Assembly (NCBI GenBank): GCA_963676915.2
Contig: CAXXVK010000062.1
Coordinates: forward strand, 72,342 to 136,341
DNA: 64,000 bases
Reading direction: 5' to 3'
Source of the DNA: Myxococcota bacterium
GTDB taxonomy: Bacteria > Myxococcota_A > SURF-8 > G963663525
Under the pieces are notes generated by a model. The model saw only the letters and a program-made list of their open reading frames with translations, ran no database searches and was not told where the DNA came from. The translations under genes and the position numbers were made by a program. Shown here in pieces: positions 21,757 to 31,529 of the stretch (its first letter is position 1; each line of letters opens with the position of its first letter).

Positions 21757-23202
21757 TTGCGAGACGTACTTTTCATCTTCACATCCGTTTTACTGCTCGT
21801 TGTCTGGACAGCCTGTTCGAGTTCGACTTCGTACGCACCGGATTATCTCTTCGATGGGGATAACGACACCACGGAATCCGTTGCAGAGGTCGAATGGAAC
21901 ATTGACAACGAACCGCCGGACAATTCATCCATCCCCATCGTCGAACAAGGCGACGAACTGTTCGTTCATACCTGCAGCGCCGATGCTTCGGACAGTGTAC
22001 GGGCACCCGCCTGCACGTCCGTAGAAGATTGCGAACGCTGGTGCGAAACTCCCGACAGCCGCTGGCTTTGTCAGCAAAACCGCTGCTTTTGGCAATGTAG
22101 CGGAGACGACTGCGATATGTGCGGCGTCGGCGATGACGAGAAGACGCTCCCCGCCGAAACGAAAGCGGCGCGAGATGCCGAACCGAGGATCTATTACGGC
22201 TCGGAATCTCCTACGTTGTATAACCTGTCCGCTGGCCAGCAAGACGCCGTGGTTGCGCTGATGACCCACGGAGGCAATTTCTGCACGGGAACACTCATTC
22301 ACCCGCAGGTGGTGCTCAGCGCGGCGCATTGCTTCTCGGAAGCCTATTACAAAGCCGTTGATCCCGAGGACTATTACGTGGGGGTCGGTTCGGACGTGCA
22401 AAACCCCACCTACCTGCTCTCTGTGGCAGAAATCATTCCTCACGAAGACTACGACGTCTACGGCTCGGGTGCGGGTCACGACATGAGCCTGCTCGTTCTG
22501 CAAGATCCGGTGTGGACCGTCTACCCCGAGTTGGAGCCGATTCCCGTCAACGATCGTCCCTTGGATAACGAGATGATCGGCGACGAGGTACAAACCGTGG
22601 GTTACGGCGAAACCCACGACGACAAGTACAACACCCAGCGCTGGTGGACCACCGAATTGTTTAATGATTTCACCACTTATGCGCTATCGGTCAACGGACA
22701 GGGCGAGTCGAGCGTCTGTTACGGCGACTCCGGCGGTCCGGTGATTTACGATTTCGGTTCCGGTCCTGCCGTGTTGGGAACGGTGTCCTACGGCGATCCG
22801 TCCTGCGTGGGAATCGACCATTTTTCCCGCACGGATAACGACATGGAGTGGATCAACCAAACGCTCGACCGCTTCCCGCTGGGGTGTGGTGACCTGACCG
22901 AAACCGGTATCTGCGACGATGGTGTAGCCCGTTGGTGTGAAGATGACCGAGCCATGAGCGAAGTCTGCACCACGGATCAAGGCACCTGCGGACTCACCGA
23001 TGACGATCTCAACCGCTGCCTGCCTCCCACCGAATGCGATCTGCTTGGCTACCGTGGCGAATGCCTGGACGGAGACATCGCCCGCTGGTGCGAGGATGGC
23101 GTGATCCGCCAGCGTCGTTGCCTGCCCTGCGATCAGATTTGCGGCTTTTACGACCGCGACGTCGGGTTCTACTGCATCGATCCGGCTTATCCAGGGGACT
23201 GA
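21757..23202 (+). CDS. S1 (trypsin-like) serine protease lipoprotein with Cys-rich flanking domains
   Basis: Lipobox WTAC; triad LSAAHC, HDMSLL, CYGDSGGP; C-terminal G-x-C-x(5,6)-ARWCED repeats; RBS GGAGG before TTG. Confidence 0.9.
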   Translation: MRDVLFIFTSVLLLVVWTACSSSTSYAPDYLFDGDNDTTESVAEVEWNIDNEPPDNSSIPIVEQGDELFVHTCSADASDSVRAPACTSVEDCERWCETPDSRWLCQQNRCFWQCSGDDCDMCGVGDDEKTLPAETKAARDAEPRIYYGSESPTLYNLSAGQQDAVVALMTHGGNFCTGTLIHPQVVLSAAHCFSEAYYKAVDPEDYYVGVGSDVQNPTYLLSVAEIIPHEDYDVYGSGAGHDMSLLVLQDPVWTVYPELEPIPVNDRPLDNEMIGDEVQTVGYGETHDDKYNTQRWWTTELFNDFTTYALSVNGQGESSVCYGDSGGPVIYDFGSGPAVLGTVSYGDPSCVGIDHFSRTDNDMEWINQTLDRFPLGCGDLTETGICDDGVARWCEDDRAMSEVCTTDQGTCGLTDDDLNRCLPPTECDLLGYRGECLDGDIARWCEDGVIRQRRCLPCDQICGFYDRDVGFYCIDPAYPGD

Positions 23203-23242
23203 CACAGTAACTTAATGAAATTTAAGAGAAAAATGCATCGAT

Positions 23243-23315
23243 GGACGGGGATTGCATCCCCGTCCTAACGTTTTCTTCAAGGCAAAACGCGAAGAACAGG
23301 ATGCAATCCTGCTCC
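23243..23315. repeat. REP-like palindrome doublet, family B
   Basis: GGACGGGGATTGCATCCCCGTCC then, inverted, GAACAGGATGCAATCCTGCTCC; an 18-nt core recurs at 38273-38290. Confidence 0.6.
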
Positions 23316-23326
23316 GCTTGTGCCCC

Positions 23327-23638
23327 TTATTTCAGAAGTCCCCCCGAATTCTCCCAAGTTGTTTGCCCGCCTACATCGACTCGAACATCTACAAACTGGC
23401 AATCGCCATCTTTGCATCTTTCAATTTTTGTCTGTTTGCATTCCGAGCTGCCATCTTCATGGGCGATACAGTAATACAGTTGTGCAATTTCCTTATCCTT
23501 ACTGTTAGCCCCCTCATTTTGGTGGACAGTCATCCAGAAACTATTATTCTCTTTCATCGAATGATGAAAATCAATGTGTGTCCCTCCACAACCGGCTAAG
23601 AGAATCGTCAGCACAAAACAAACAATTAGCATCCTCAT
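23327..23638 (-). CDS. small Cys-containing lipoprotein, unknown function
   Basis: RBS AGGAG, ATG at 23638, lipobox LAGC. Confidence 0.7.
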   Translation of the reverse strand: MRMLIVCFVLTILLAGCGGTHIDFHHSMKENNSFWMTVHQNEGANSKDKEIAQLYYCIAHEDGSSECKQTKIERCKDGDCQFVDVRVDVGGQTTWENSGGLLK

Positions 23639-23814
23639 GGTACTCTCCTGTGACAATGAAACAAACAGACGCCCAAATTCTTGCAGATCTCCCAACCTGC
23701 TTCGCAAATTCATTCGGAAAAGTACAGTTTAGAACGAAAATATGAAATCCACAAGATGGAGGAATAAAAATCTGCCCACTGGGGGGATTGGCGCCGAGTG
23801 CCCGGAACAAACAA

Positions 23815-23979
23815 GTAGGTCGGACAGATTTTCTGTCCGACATTTCCCGGTTGGAGCATTTTTTTGTCGGACAGAAAATCTGTCCGACCTACCCAACTAC
23901 CCAACTTTGAAAACGGGTGCAGAGCAGGTGTCCAACGTTGATGCATCAAACATCACGGCTTGTCGGGGTCAGGTGTCGT
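23815..23979. repeat. duplicated element, copy 1: REP doublet (REPIN-like) plus conserved box
   Basis: GTAGGTCGGACAGATTTTCTGTCCGACA (23815-23842), its exact inverse (23865-23892), then box 23914-23979; near-identical to 24526-24703. Confidence 0.92.
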
Positions 23980-24015
23980 TTGCAACTGTCTTGACGGGTA
24001 CACAAACTACCAAAC

Positions 24016-24423
24016 TCAAGAATTGTATCCAGCTTTGCTTTTTCTTACCATATAAATTGCAACAGGTAATATAATAAAAGCACTAAAATACAGTATCCTT
24101 TCACAATTGTTCATTACCTTCAATTCATCTAAATAGAGGCTATAAACGATCCTGTCATAAAAATCCGCCCATACAGAGTAGGAAAAAAACAACCACATTA
24201 TTATGAGTAGAATGTGGTGTATGTAGTACATTTTTTTTGCTGAAAAGATGAACAAAATCGCAACCGGCACTCCAGGGATGACATTAACAGCAATTCTTAG
24301 AATAGAGCAGTTACTTTGTGAATTGCAGAAACCTGTTAAACCGAAAAATAAACACAGAAGTACTACGGATAGCATCGACATAGTGTATTTAATAGAAAAG
24401 ACACTTGAGAAAATAGTTTTCAA
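24016..24423 (-). CDS. AT-rich small multi-TM protein, putative orphan immunity protein
   Basis: 135 aa, about 4 hydrophobic helices, AAGGA upstream of TTG, lies between the two repeat copies. Confidence 0.55.
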   Translation of the reverse strand: MKTIFSSVFSIKYTMSMLSVVLLCLFFGLTGFCNSQSNCSILRIAVNVIPGVPVAILFIFSAKKMYYIHHILLIIMWLFFSYSVWADFYDRIVYSLYLDELKVMNNCERILYFSAFIILPVAIYMVRKSKAGYNS

Positions 24424-24441
24424 ATGACCATCCTTTTCTAA

Positions 24442-24525
24442 TTATGGACCATCGATTCCACAAGACATTTCATTTTTTTCACGTCGTTTGGTGCTTTTTA
24501 TTAATCCATTTTCTTTCAAGTAGTA
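24442..24525 (-). pseudogene. possible 3' remnant of a toxin gene cut off at the REP
   Basis: Frame YYLKENGLIKSTKRREKNEMSCGIDGP* ends 18 nt before the immunity-like gene; AT-rich DNA stops at the REP GTAG. Confidence 0.35.
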
Positions 24526-24703
24526 GTAGGTCGGACAGATTTTCTGTCCGACATTTCCCGGTTGGAGCATTTTTTGTCGGACAGAAAATCTGTCCGACCT
24601 ACCCGGCTAAATCGAAACCCTCTTCGAAACCGGGTGCAGAGCAGGTGTCCAACGTTGATTGCTGATGCATCAAACATCACGGCTTGTCGGGATCAGGTGT
24701 CGT
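24526..24703. repeat. duplicated element, copy 2: REP doublet plus conserved box
   Basis: REPs at 24526-24553 and 24575-24602 are identical to copy 1; box 24631-24703 carries a 7-nt insertion. Confidence 0.92.
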
Positions 24704-25130
24704 CGTTGTTGTGAGGATCGTTTTTGAGATTGGGATTCGGTAAAGAAATAGATTCAACAGGAAAATCAATTGTTTTAAAAATAAAAATTAAAGCTATTAC
24801 GACATTCATTAAGTAAATTACGATAAAGAAGCTGATGCCAGTTTTTCCAAACTCAATCAAGCCAACATAAAAAGATTGAGTTACTACACAATAAGCCACG
24901 AAAAAATACTTATACAATTGCTTGTCTTTTAACATGTTTCTCCACAGAAAGATTATAGCAGCTAATGAATGACCGATACCTAAAAATCTAGGAAATAACC
25001 AAATACTATTTGGAAATTTCAAAGCCACCATTAAAACAAAATACCCTGTGACCGTTATTATATGGCATAAAAGTATTTTATCTGCGTTCAATTGCCTGAC
25101 TTTATAAATTTTCTTAAGTGCTGTTAACAT
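24693..25130 (-). CDS. putative immunity protein (about 4 TM)
   Basis: ATG at 25130 overlaps the toxin stop (TAATG coupling); AT-rich; hydrophobic. Confidence 0.65.
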   Translation of the reverse strand: MLTALKKIYKVRQLNADKILLCHIITVTGYFVLMVALKFPNSIWLFPRFLGIGHSLAAIIFLWRNMLKDKQLYKYFFVAYCVVTQSFYVGLIEFGKTGISFFIVIYLMNVVIALIFIFKTIDFPVESISLPNPNLKNDPHNNDDT

Positions 25131-25663
25131 TACATAGCCCAATCTTGTAGCCACTCTACAAACTTATTTAAGGCTTCAACTGGTTCTTCTGATGCCTTAC
25201 TTGCAATTTCCTTGAAATGCTCCAACTTTTGCTTTGCCACTTCATCATGATAAGGCTCACATGCATCGTCTACATATTGTCCGAGCGGTCCTAATCCTAA
25301 TAGGTTTCTCCAATGACCAAAGCAAATTCCATCAGGACACTCAGCCAAAGCCTCATCAAATTGCTGTACACCTCTTTTGCTTAAACCAGGAAAAGCAACG
25401 AGCAGTTGGTATCCAGTCACGGCAGTTCCAACTACACCAAGCGGTAATCCTACTCCAGAGCCAACGGCAACAGCAGTAATAATTGCTCCAGTTCCACCAC
25501 TTATTCCAGCCTTTCCAGCCCTAATTAGGTTTATAATACCAACTGTCATTTTTGTAACATTTAGCATACCCTCCGGGTCGATCCCATTCACCGGGTCATT
25601 CCCGACGTACACGTACAGGTTCACCTGCCCTCTCGATGGAACGGAGATTCCAGCCGGTTGCAA
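25130..25663 (-). CDS. orphan RHS C-terminal module (end of RHS core plus toxin tip)
   Basis: NLYVYVGNDPVNGIDPEG is the RHS core terminal DPxG motif; base composition turns AT-rich right after it; no upstream RHS body. Confidence 0.85.
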   Translation of the reverse strand: MQPAGISVPSRGQVNLYVYVGNDPVNGIDPEGMLNVTKMTVGIINLIRAGKAGISGGTGAIITAVAVGSGVGLPLGVVGTAVTGYQLLVAFPGLSKRGVQQFDEALAECPDGICFGHWRNLLGLGPLGQYVDDACEPYHDEVAKQKLEHFKEIASKASEEPVEALNKFVEWLQDWAM

Positions 25664-25683
25664 TTTTCTGACATCCCGAAATT

Positions 25684-26409
25684 CTACGAGGATTTTTCGT
25701 CCTGATACTCCCGGTATCGTGCCAAAAAATCGCGGGTGACGCGGTTTTCGTCCAAGCGTAGATATTTGGCGTATTCCGATACGAAACCCCGTACGTATAC
25801 CAATGCGGGCAAATGGGCGAAATCCTCTTCTTCGATCATCTTCAGCATTCCGGGAGAGATTTTCGTGTACTCCGAAACATCTCGCAATCCGACACCGGCC
25901 TGCTCTCGAAAGCGGCGGATTTCCCCACCGGAAAACACGACATCCTCTTCGACCTCCGGGGCCGGGGGACGCGGTGGCAGCGCATTGGGATTGGGAGCCT
26001 GTTTGATTTCCTTGACAACGACAGGCTCGGGCGCTTCCACAACCGTTTCGCTTTCCACCTGAAGGAATTTCGGCTCGCGTTCTCCCTGCTCGGGCACTTT
26101 GATTTCAGGGCTGGAATCGTGAGTTCGCTGTCTGGCGGATACACGGACCACGGTTTCGTGCTCGGCAGCGGAAAAGAGCGTCTGATCGTACGTTTCGCGG
26201 CGCTCCGGGTCGGCCAGCGTGCGGAATGCTTCCTCTACCTGCTCAAGATAGTCGCGAAGTTCGTCGGGGCTGTACAATCCGTAGGCAGCGATGCTGTCCC
26301 CGCCGTAAATCCGCCGAATGCGGTGATACGCCTCGCGAATTTCTTCCTCGTCGGAGCGGGGATGGACTTCCAGTCGTTCGTAGTAATTTTTGCGCGTCGG
26401 ATCGCTCAT
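25684..26409 (-). CDS. J-domain-like protein with C-terminal RodZ-type HTH
   Basis: NYYERLEV...EAFRTLADPERRETYD; REQAGVGLRDVSEYTKI...YVRGFVSEYAKYLRLD. Confidence 0.8.
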   Translation of the reverse strand: MSDPTRKNYYERLEVHPRSDEEEIREAYHRIRRIYGGDSIAAYGLYSPDELRDYLEQVEEAFRTLADPERRETYDQTLFSAAEHETVVRVSARQRTHDSSPEIKVPEQGEREPKFLQVESETVVEAPEPVVVKEIKQAPNPNALPPRPPAPEVEEDVVFSGGEIRRFREQAGVGLRDVSEYTKISPGMLKMIEEEDFAHLPALVYVRGFVSEYAKYLRLDENRVTRDFLARYREYQDEKSS

Positions 26410-27389
26410 GATTCCGCATCCTCCGACTCTGCGTCTTCCCAGGCATCGTGAAGTTGGTTGTGAAACAGCAAGTGGGCGATTTCTTCGATTTCTTTGGCTG
26501 CCGAGCAGTCCGGGCTATTCAGGTGTAGCGGTTTGCGGACCCGAATCGAAGAAGGCACCGCCCCATCATAGGAAACTGCCCCCAAAAACTCGATATCGAA
26601 ACCGAAATATTTCCGGCAGACATCGACCATTCCGGGACCGATATCGGCTTCGCTGTCGTGTTGCATCATGTTGAGAATCAGTTTCAACTGAAAGCGGCTG
26701 ATTTCCTCTTTGAAGGCATCGCCGATTTTCCGATCGAACATACCCAAGGCTTCGAGCATGTCGTTGGGAGTTCGAATGCCCAGCTTGACTTTCTCGAACA
26801 TCACCTTTTCGACCAATTCTTGGGCTTTCAATTTCGATTCGACATTTTTGAAGTAGCGGAAAAACAGGCTTTTTAGAAATTCGTAGGTGTTCTCCACGGC
26901 TGTCGGCTCGGGGGCTACCACGAGCACCGCATTGTCGGACTGGATAAAGTGCTCGAACAGCGTGTAAGAATGCTGGTTGCCGAGATCGACGAGAACGAGA
27001 TCGAGATCGGGGGTTTTCTTCAGGTATTGGTACAAAAGCGGTTGTTCCATCGGCGTTTGCAGGCTGTGCGTATCGCTGATGCCGCTCATGATCTGCAAGT
27101 TCCGCATGGGAGTAGTGACCAGTAAGTCTTTGAAATGACTGACTTCGCCATCTACAAAGGATTGAAAACCGTACTGGGGTTTATTCAAATCGATGAACGT
27201 ATGCAGGTTCTGCCCCCAACGAACGGCATCGGCCAATAACACCCGGTTGCCAATCCGTGATAAATACACGCCGAGATTGGCAGCAAGCATGGACTTTCCC
27301 ACACCACCTTTGCCGGAACTCAGCGCGTAGATGCGTGGCAGGTGCCCTTCCTTTTTCACGCGATGAGGCGTTTTCGATTTTTCCGACAC
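26406..27389 (-). CDS. MinD/FlhG-family P-loop ATPase (N-terminus may extend to 27465 across an A-run indel)
   Basis: Deviant Walker A SSGKGGVGKS, VLVDLG, PEPTAVENTY. Confidence 0.85.
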   Translation of the reverse strand: MSEKSKTPHRVKKEGHLPRIYALSSGKGGVGKSMLAANLGVYLSRIGNRVLLADAVRWGQNLHTFIDLNKPQYGFQSFVDGEVSHFKDLLVTTPMRNLQIMSGISDTHSLQTPMEQPLLYQYLKKTPDLDLVLVDLGNQHSYTLFEHFIQSDNAVLVVAPEPTAVENTYEFLKSLFFRYFKNVESKLKAQELVEKVMFEKVKLGIRTPNDMLEALGMFDRKIGDAFKEEISRFQLKLILNMMQHDSEADIGPGMVDVCRKYFGFDIEFLGAVSYDGAVPSSIRVRKPLHLNSPDCSAAKEIEEIAHLLFHNQLHDAWEDAESEDAES

Positions 27390-27781
27390 CGTTTTTTTCC
27401 TCGGACATTCCGGTTTCGCCGGAGTTTTCGTCCTTTTGGGGATCTTCGACCATCTTTTTACTCAAACTTCCTCAAACATGGGAGAAAATCACGCATCGAC
27501 CCTATGAGGCGCCTTTTTGAAAAAGGCTTGCCGTCCGGTATCGCATGGAATCGTAAAGCTTCGTTCGATCGTCTCGGACAGGGAAAGCATCCAGCAGAAC
27601 GCCTGGCTCCTCCCCGCCGGTTCACCGAACAACCGCACACCTGTCCATTCAGAAGTTTATGCTACTTCCCACCGTCGAGCAAATCAAGGCAATTCGTATG
27701 GGGGCGAGTGTAGAAATGACGCTCCTATCCCGAGCGATAAAATCCGTTCGTAAAAAATACAAACGTTTTTCGGATCGATCG

Positions 27782-29560
27782 TTACTTGTGGGATGCCGCA
27801 AGAGCCAGTTTGGCTGCTGTATCGGCGCTGACAAGTTTAACGTGCGAAGGCAGGAGCTTGACCATCTCCATAAACGAGTTTTCGAGGCTGAGTCCACCAT
27901 CGCTGGTCATGTAGACCCATGTGACGGTCCCTGCAGGGTAATTCCCCAATTCTTCAGCCATATTCTGCGGGCTCAGGAAGAATTCGTCGCTGTCATCGAT
28001 TCCCCGCCACTCACGAGGTCGAAACACGACGGCTTCTCCGCCGTCCTTTCCGGTCAGAACATTGAAGAAACGATCCTCCGGCCACCAGGGGAAGGTTGGC
28101 AGCAAGTAGGGAACATTGACGGGAAAAATGCCGCGAATCACGCCATCGACTTTGGCGTATTTGGGTAGAAAATGGTCTTCCGCATCGTCCCAGGTGCCGG
28201 ACCAGTCCCAATGCACCGTGCTGTTCACGCCGAGGATGCGGGCGTCTTCCTCCGTCGCTGTGACGAAGCGGTTTTGATCGTTCTCATTCAAAGACGTTGG
28301 ATAAGCGTAAAGGTGCCCGCTCGGCGGAAGAATAAAGTAGTCCTTGCCGGTTTGACGGGTCGTTTCATGGTACCATTCGAGGATGTCGGGCGCGATGGTG
28401 GCGAGATGCGGAGAAATGCTCCAGGTGATAGGTTCGCAGGAATTCTCGGTTTTCGAGCAATCGTCGAGGCGCTGGCGGAGCCATACGTTTCTCGTGCTCA
28501 TAATGAACCGGATGTTGTCTCCGTCGCCGATCACGAACGCCACGTAGGTTTTGCTTGGATCATATTCGATCTCTTCCGGTTCGTTTCGTGCAAGTTCGCT
28601 GGATTCCGTAATGGCAGCCCTTCTCGTGGAGAAAAAGGACAGGTTGCCTGTCATGGTGGGAATTGCCCCCATGTTGTGGGATTCCAGACATAGGGTCTGC
28701 GCTTCGTACAGGTATCCACCCATCACCATCCAGGAATTGTTGTAGCCGTATACGCCTATGGGAGTCGTCCAATACCCTGCATCCACAATATTCTGAAACA
28801 GTTCTTTTTCGGGGCTTTCATCTCGGCACCCATTGACGAGGAAAATGGTAAACAGTTTTTTGGAGAAGATGAAATCGACCAGTGACGAGCGTGGGGCACC
28901 CGTAAGTTCGGGATTGGCAACGTCGCTGGCGTTGGTATCGTATCCGGGATTGAGCATCGCCAGCCCGGTGGTTTGTTCGCCGTACTTTTCAAAAACAGTT
29001 TCCGTAGCGAGATACGGGGTGTTTTTCTCTGCAAATTCAAGGGTTGCGTCGAATACTACGTTCGAGCAGACAACGTCCATTCCCGTGTCCAGCGGTACCG
29101 CATCGAGAACCGAAGCAACGGTCAAAATATTGGGAATCAGTTTTTGCTGATCTTCGTAAGCGTACCGTACACAGGATGGAAACTCGACCAGGCAGGATTC
29201 CAGAAAATCGGTTGCAGAAAGAGTCTGAGCCGGTTGTAGTCCGAGTTCGTCCAGCCATTCTCCATCATGTGTTTCCTTTTCAACGTAAATCGAACCGCCA
29301 AGTTTCCTGTTGTGCATACCAACGCAGGCTTGGACCGCCAATTGGAGCGTCGGCAATGCATCCGAGTCGAGTTCGACGACCGTGAATTCATCGGCTACAT
29401 TCAACTCATCACCCTCGGTAGCGTTATCGTCCGTATCTCCGTCATCGACATCTATATCTCCAACGTTGTCGATTTCATTTTGCGAATCATTCCCACCGCA
29501 ACCGGCGGCAAACAGCCAGCAGATTCCTATCAAGCCAACGAAGATCGCTTGTTTCATCAT
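27782..29560 (-). CDS. GxGYxYP-domain lipoprotein (putative glycan-active protein)
   Basis: Lipobox AAGC, acidic linker, YVAFVIGDGDN, ITWSISP, SGHLYAYP. Confidence 0.7.
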   Translation of the reverse strand: MMKQAIFVGLIGICWLFAAGCGGNDSQNEIDNVGDIDVDDGDTDDNATEGDELNVADEFTVVELDSDALPTLQLAVQACVGMHNRKLGGSIYVEKETHDGEWLDELGLQPAQTLSATDFLESCLVEFPSCVRYAYEDQQKLIPNILTVASVLDAVPLDTGMDVVCSNVVFDATLEFAEKNTPYLATETVFEKYGEQTTGLAMLNPGYDTNASDVANPELTGAPRSSLVDFIFSKKLFTIFLVNGCRDESPEKELFQNIVDAGYWTTPIGVYGYNNSWMVMGGYLYEAQTLCLESHNMGAIPTMTGNLSFFSTRRAAITESSELARNEPEEIEYDPSKTYVAFVIGDGDNIRFIMSTRNVWLRQRLDDCSKTENSCEPITWSISPHLATIAPDILEWYHETTRQTGKDYFILPPSGHLYAYPTSLNENDQNRFVTATEEDARILGVNSTVHWDWSGTWDDAEDHFLPKYAKVDGVIRGIFPVNVPYLLPTFPWWPEDRFFNVLTGKDGGEAVVFRPREWRGIDDSDEFFLSPQNMAEELGNYPAGTVTWVYMTSDGGLSLENSFMEMVKLLPSHVKLVSADTAAKLALAASHK

Positions 29561-29834
29561 GATTCCCTATGCTCGTGTAAATCCCCAATCACGCTTTCAT
29601 ATACTGCGGAGGAAAAAAGCTAACACAATCAATGCTATTTCTCAATAAGGGAGTTTTTAGTGAAGGTAGAATGACACTTGATTTCACCCTCAACGGGAGT
29701 TCAGATTTGACGAAATTGCGTTAAAAGTGATAATTATAGAGTTCATGATTTATCTGTTGTAATGCTTTTTCGCCAACAATTCCAAATAAGAGGAATTTAG
29801 GGATTTTACGATTCGTTCTTGAGGAATAAGATCC

Positions 29835-31529
29835 ATGTTGCTTAATGACGCTCGGACCAAGATTCTCATAATCTGCCTTGTGGTACTGTTTTTCTCCAGT
29901 TGTAACAGTCAAAACAGAGCAAGTCTCAACGTTGGCGATCCCGATTTACCCGATAACGAAGCCGAAGAGAATCCGCCTTCGGAAGAATCTGAAGGGGTTA
30001 TACATAGCTGTCCGGAAGGCGAAAAGGTCGGAGATCCATGTTCCGAGGTGTCCGATTGTGCTGCTGAAGAATTCTGCGGTCCCACTCCAACGGATTTTCA
30101 TTACGAATGTTCGTTTTCGGGTCTATGCCGAACCGTGGAAGATACGAATCCTTCCGACAACGATTTTGATGACTCTGAAAATGTCTGTGATGAATCCCGG
30201 CTATGCACGGAAGATGTAAACCTCTGTAAATACGACGAGTTACAGAGATCTTGCCGTCAAGTACAATGCGTTGACGGGTGCCTTCAAACCGTTCGACAAA
30301 CGGCTACAGGACAAGTCGGCTACTGCGAAGGTGGCGAGGGCGAGCAGGGAACTTGTGTCGTGTGCGATTCCTACCAAAACGGTTTGTATTACGGGTGCAA
30401 AAATCCTCACGATGACAAGGTGGACGCCGTAACTCCTTACGACAAGGAAGGTTTTGTTTCCTACGAAGGTCCTAGAGGAGAGCTTAATCCAGAGGATTCG
30501 TGGAGTAATCTCCTGAAACCGGGGGAACGAAGATTATCCTCCTTCGGGATGGCCGACGGTCTCGAACCTCACGATATGCATGGAGAACTCGTTACATGGT
30601 GCTATGGACAGCTTGGTTTTTTGTATGTTTACAATATTTCCACCAATTGGGTTCAGGAAATCCGAATCGAGGCACTTCCCCATCTCTGCTGGTGGGTATC
30701 CACCGATGGGGAAAAAATCTATGCCGATACTAGCCGTCCCGACACTTCGTTGGAAACAGATATTGTTGAAATTGATTTAAAGACAGGCATATGGCGTATT
30801 TTAGATGAGCATACCCAGGAGGCAACAAGTCTTAACCAAATTTTCGCTCGCAATGGGCGAGTGGTTTGGTCTCATTATACAGTTACGAAAGAAAGCCAAA
30901 TCGCATCGCTTACTTTGCAAACCAATGAGTTTAAAGTAATTACTGATCGACCCTATGCACAGCATAGCCCACGATTGTTCAACGATACTTTGGTTTGGGT
31001 GGAACACTCCGGAACCGGCAAATCAGGGATTCTTTCCTATGATTACATTTCCAATCAACTAAGTGTTATCGATGGTACCGTTGAAGTTGATTATATCAAT
31101 CGTTCGGCGCCGATGGCGTTTGAAGATCATATCGTCTGGTTTACATCGGATCCAATCTTGTACCATCAGGAAAAACAGTATGAAATCTATATGCATACAC
31201 TTTCTACCCAGCAGACAGAGATGATACCGACGATAGGTATAGTTTCCGATCCTTATGGTGACGACGATCTACTTACTTGGTTCGAATCAACAGAAGAACA
31301 CTATAACAGTATTCGGCTGATGAAGCTTGATACTGGCGATCAATTCTGGCTCGATGACCCCGCGTGGACGGGTCGGAGAAGTGATCCGCTTATTGCCGGT
31401 CGCTGGCTTGTATACCTCGAAGCAGGACGTTTCCCCAAGCTTGAAGGATTTCCTTTGGGATATGACGTGATTTTGTACGACCTTTGCGAACATGAAGAGG
31501 TTCAAGGCATGGCTCGGTGTGATCAATAA
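29835..31529 (+). CDS. lipoprotein with Cys-rich N-terminal region and beta-propeller-like C-terminus
   Basis: Lipobox FSSC; Cys-rich segment; repeated VVW/LVW/IVW/LTW blades. Confidence 0.65.
   Translation: MLLNDARTKILIICLVVLFFSSCNSQNRASLNVGDPDLPDNEAEENPPSEESEGVIHSCPEGEKVGDPCSEVSDCAAEEFCGPTPTDFHYECSFSGLCRTVEDTNPSDNDFDDSENVCDESRLCTEDVNLCKYDELQRSCRQVQCVDGCLQTVRQTATGQVGYCEGGEGEQGTCVVCDSYQNGLYYGCKNPHDDKVDAVTPYDKEGFVSYEGPRGELNPEDSWSNLLKPGERRLSSFGMADGLEPHDMHGELVTWCYGQLGFLYVYNISTNWVQEIRIEALPHLCWWVSTDGEKIYADTSRPDTSLETDIVEIDLKTGIWRILDEHTQEATSLNQIFARNGRVVWSHYTVTKESQIASLTLQTNEFKVITDRPYAQHSPRLFNDTLVWVEHSGTGKSGILSYDYISNQLSVIDGTVEVDYINRSAPMAFEDHIVWFTSDPILYHQEKQYEIYMHTLSTQQTEMIPTIGIVSDPYGDDDLLTWFESTEEHYNSIRLMKLDTGDQFWLDDPAWTGRRSDPLIAGRWLVYLEAGRFPKLEGFPLGYDVILYDLCEHEEVQGMARCDQ

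Noticed and set aside
23815-24703. CRISPR array
   Set aside because: Repeats occur as inverted pairs with a near-identical spacer, the two units are ~700 bp apart, and there are no cas genes; this fits REP doublets.
23815-24703. Integron attC cassette array
   Set aside because: No RYYYAAC...GTTRRRY attC ends recognised and no integron integrase in the window.
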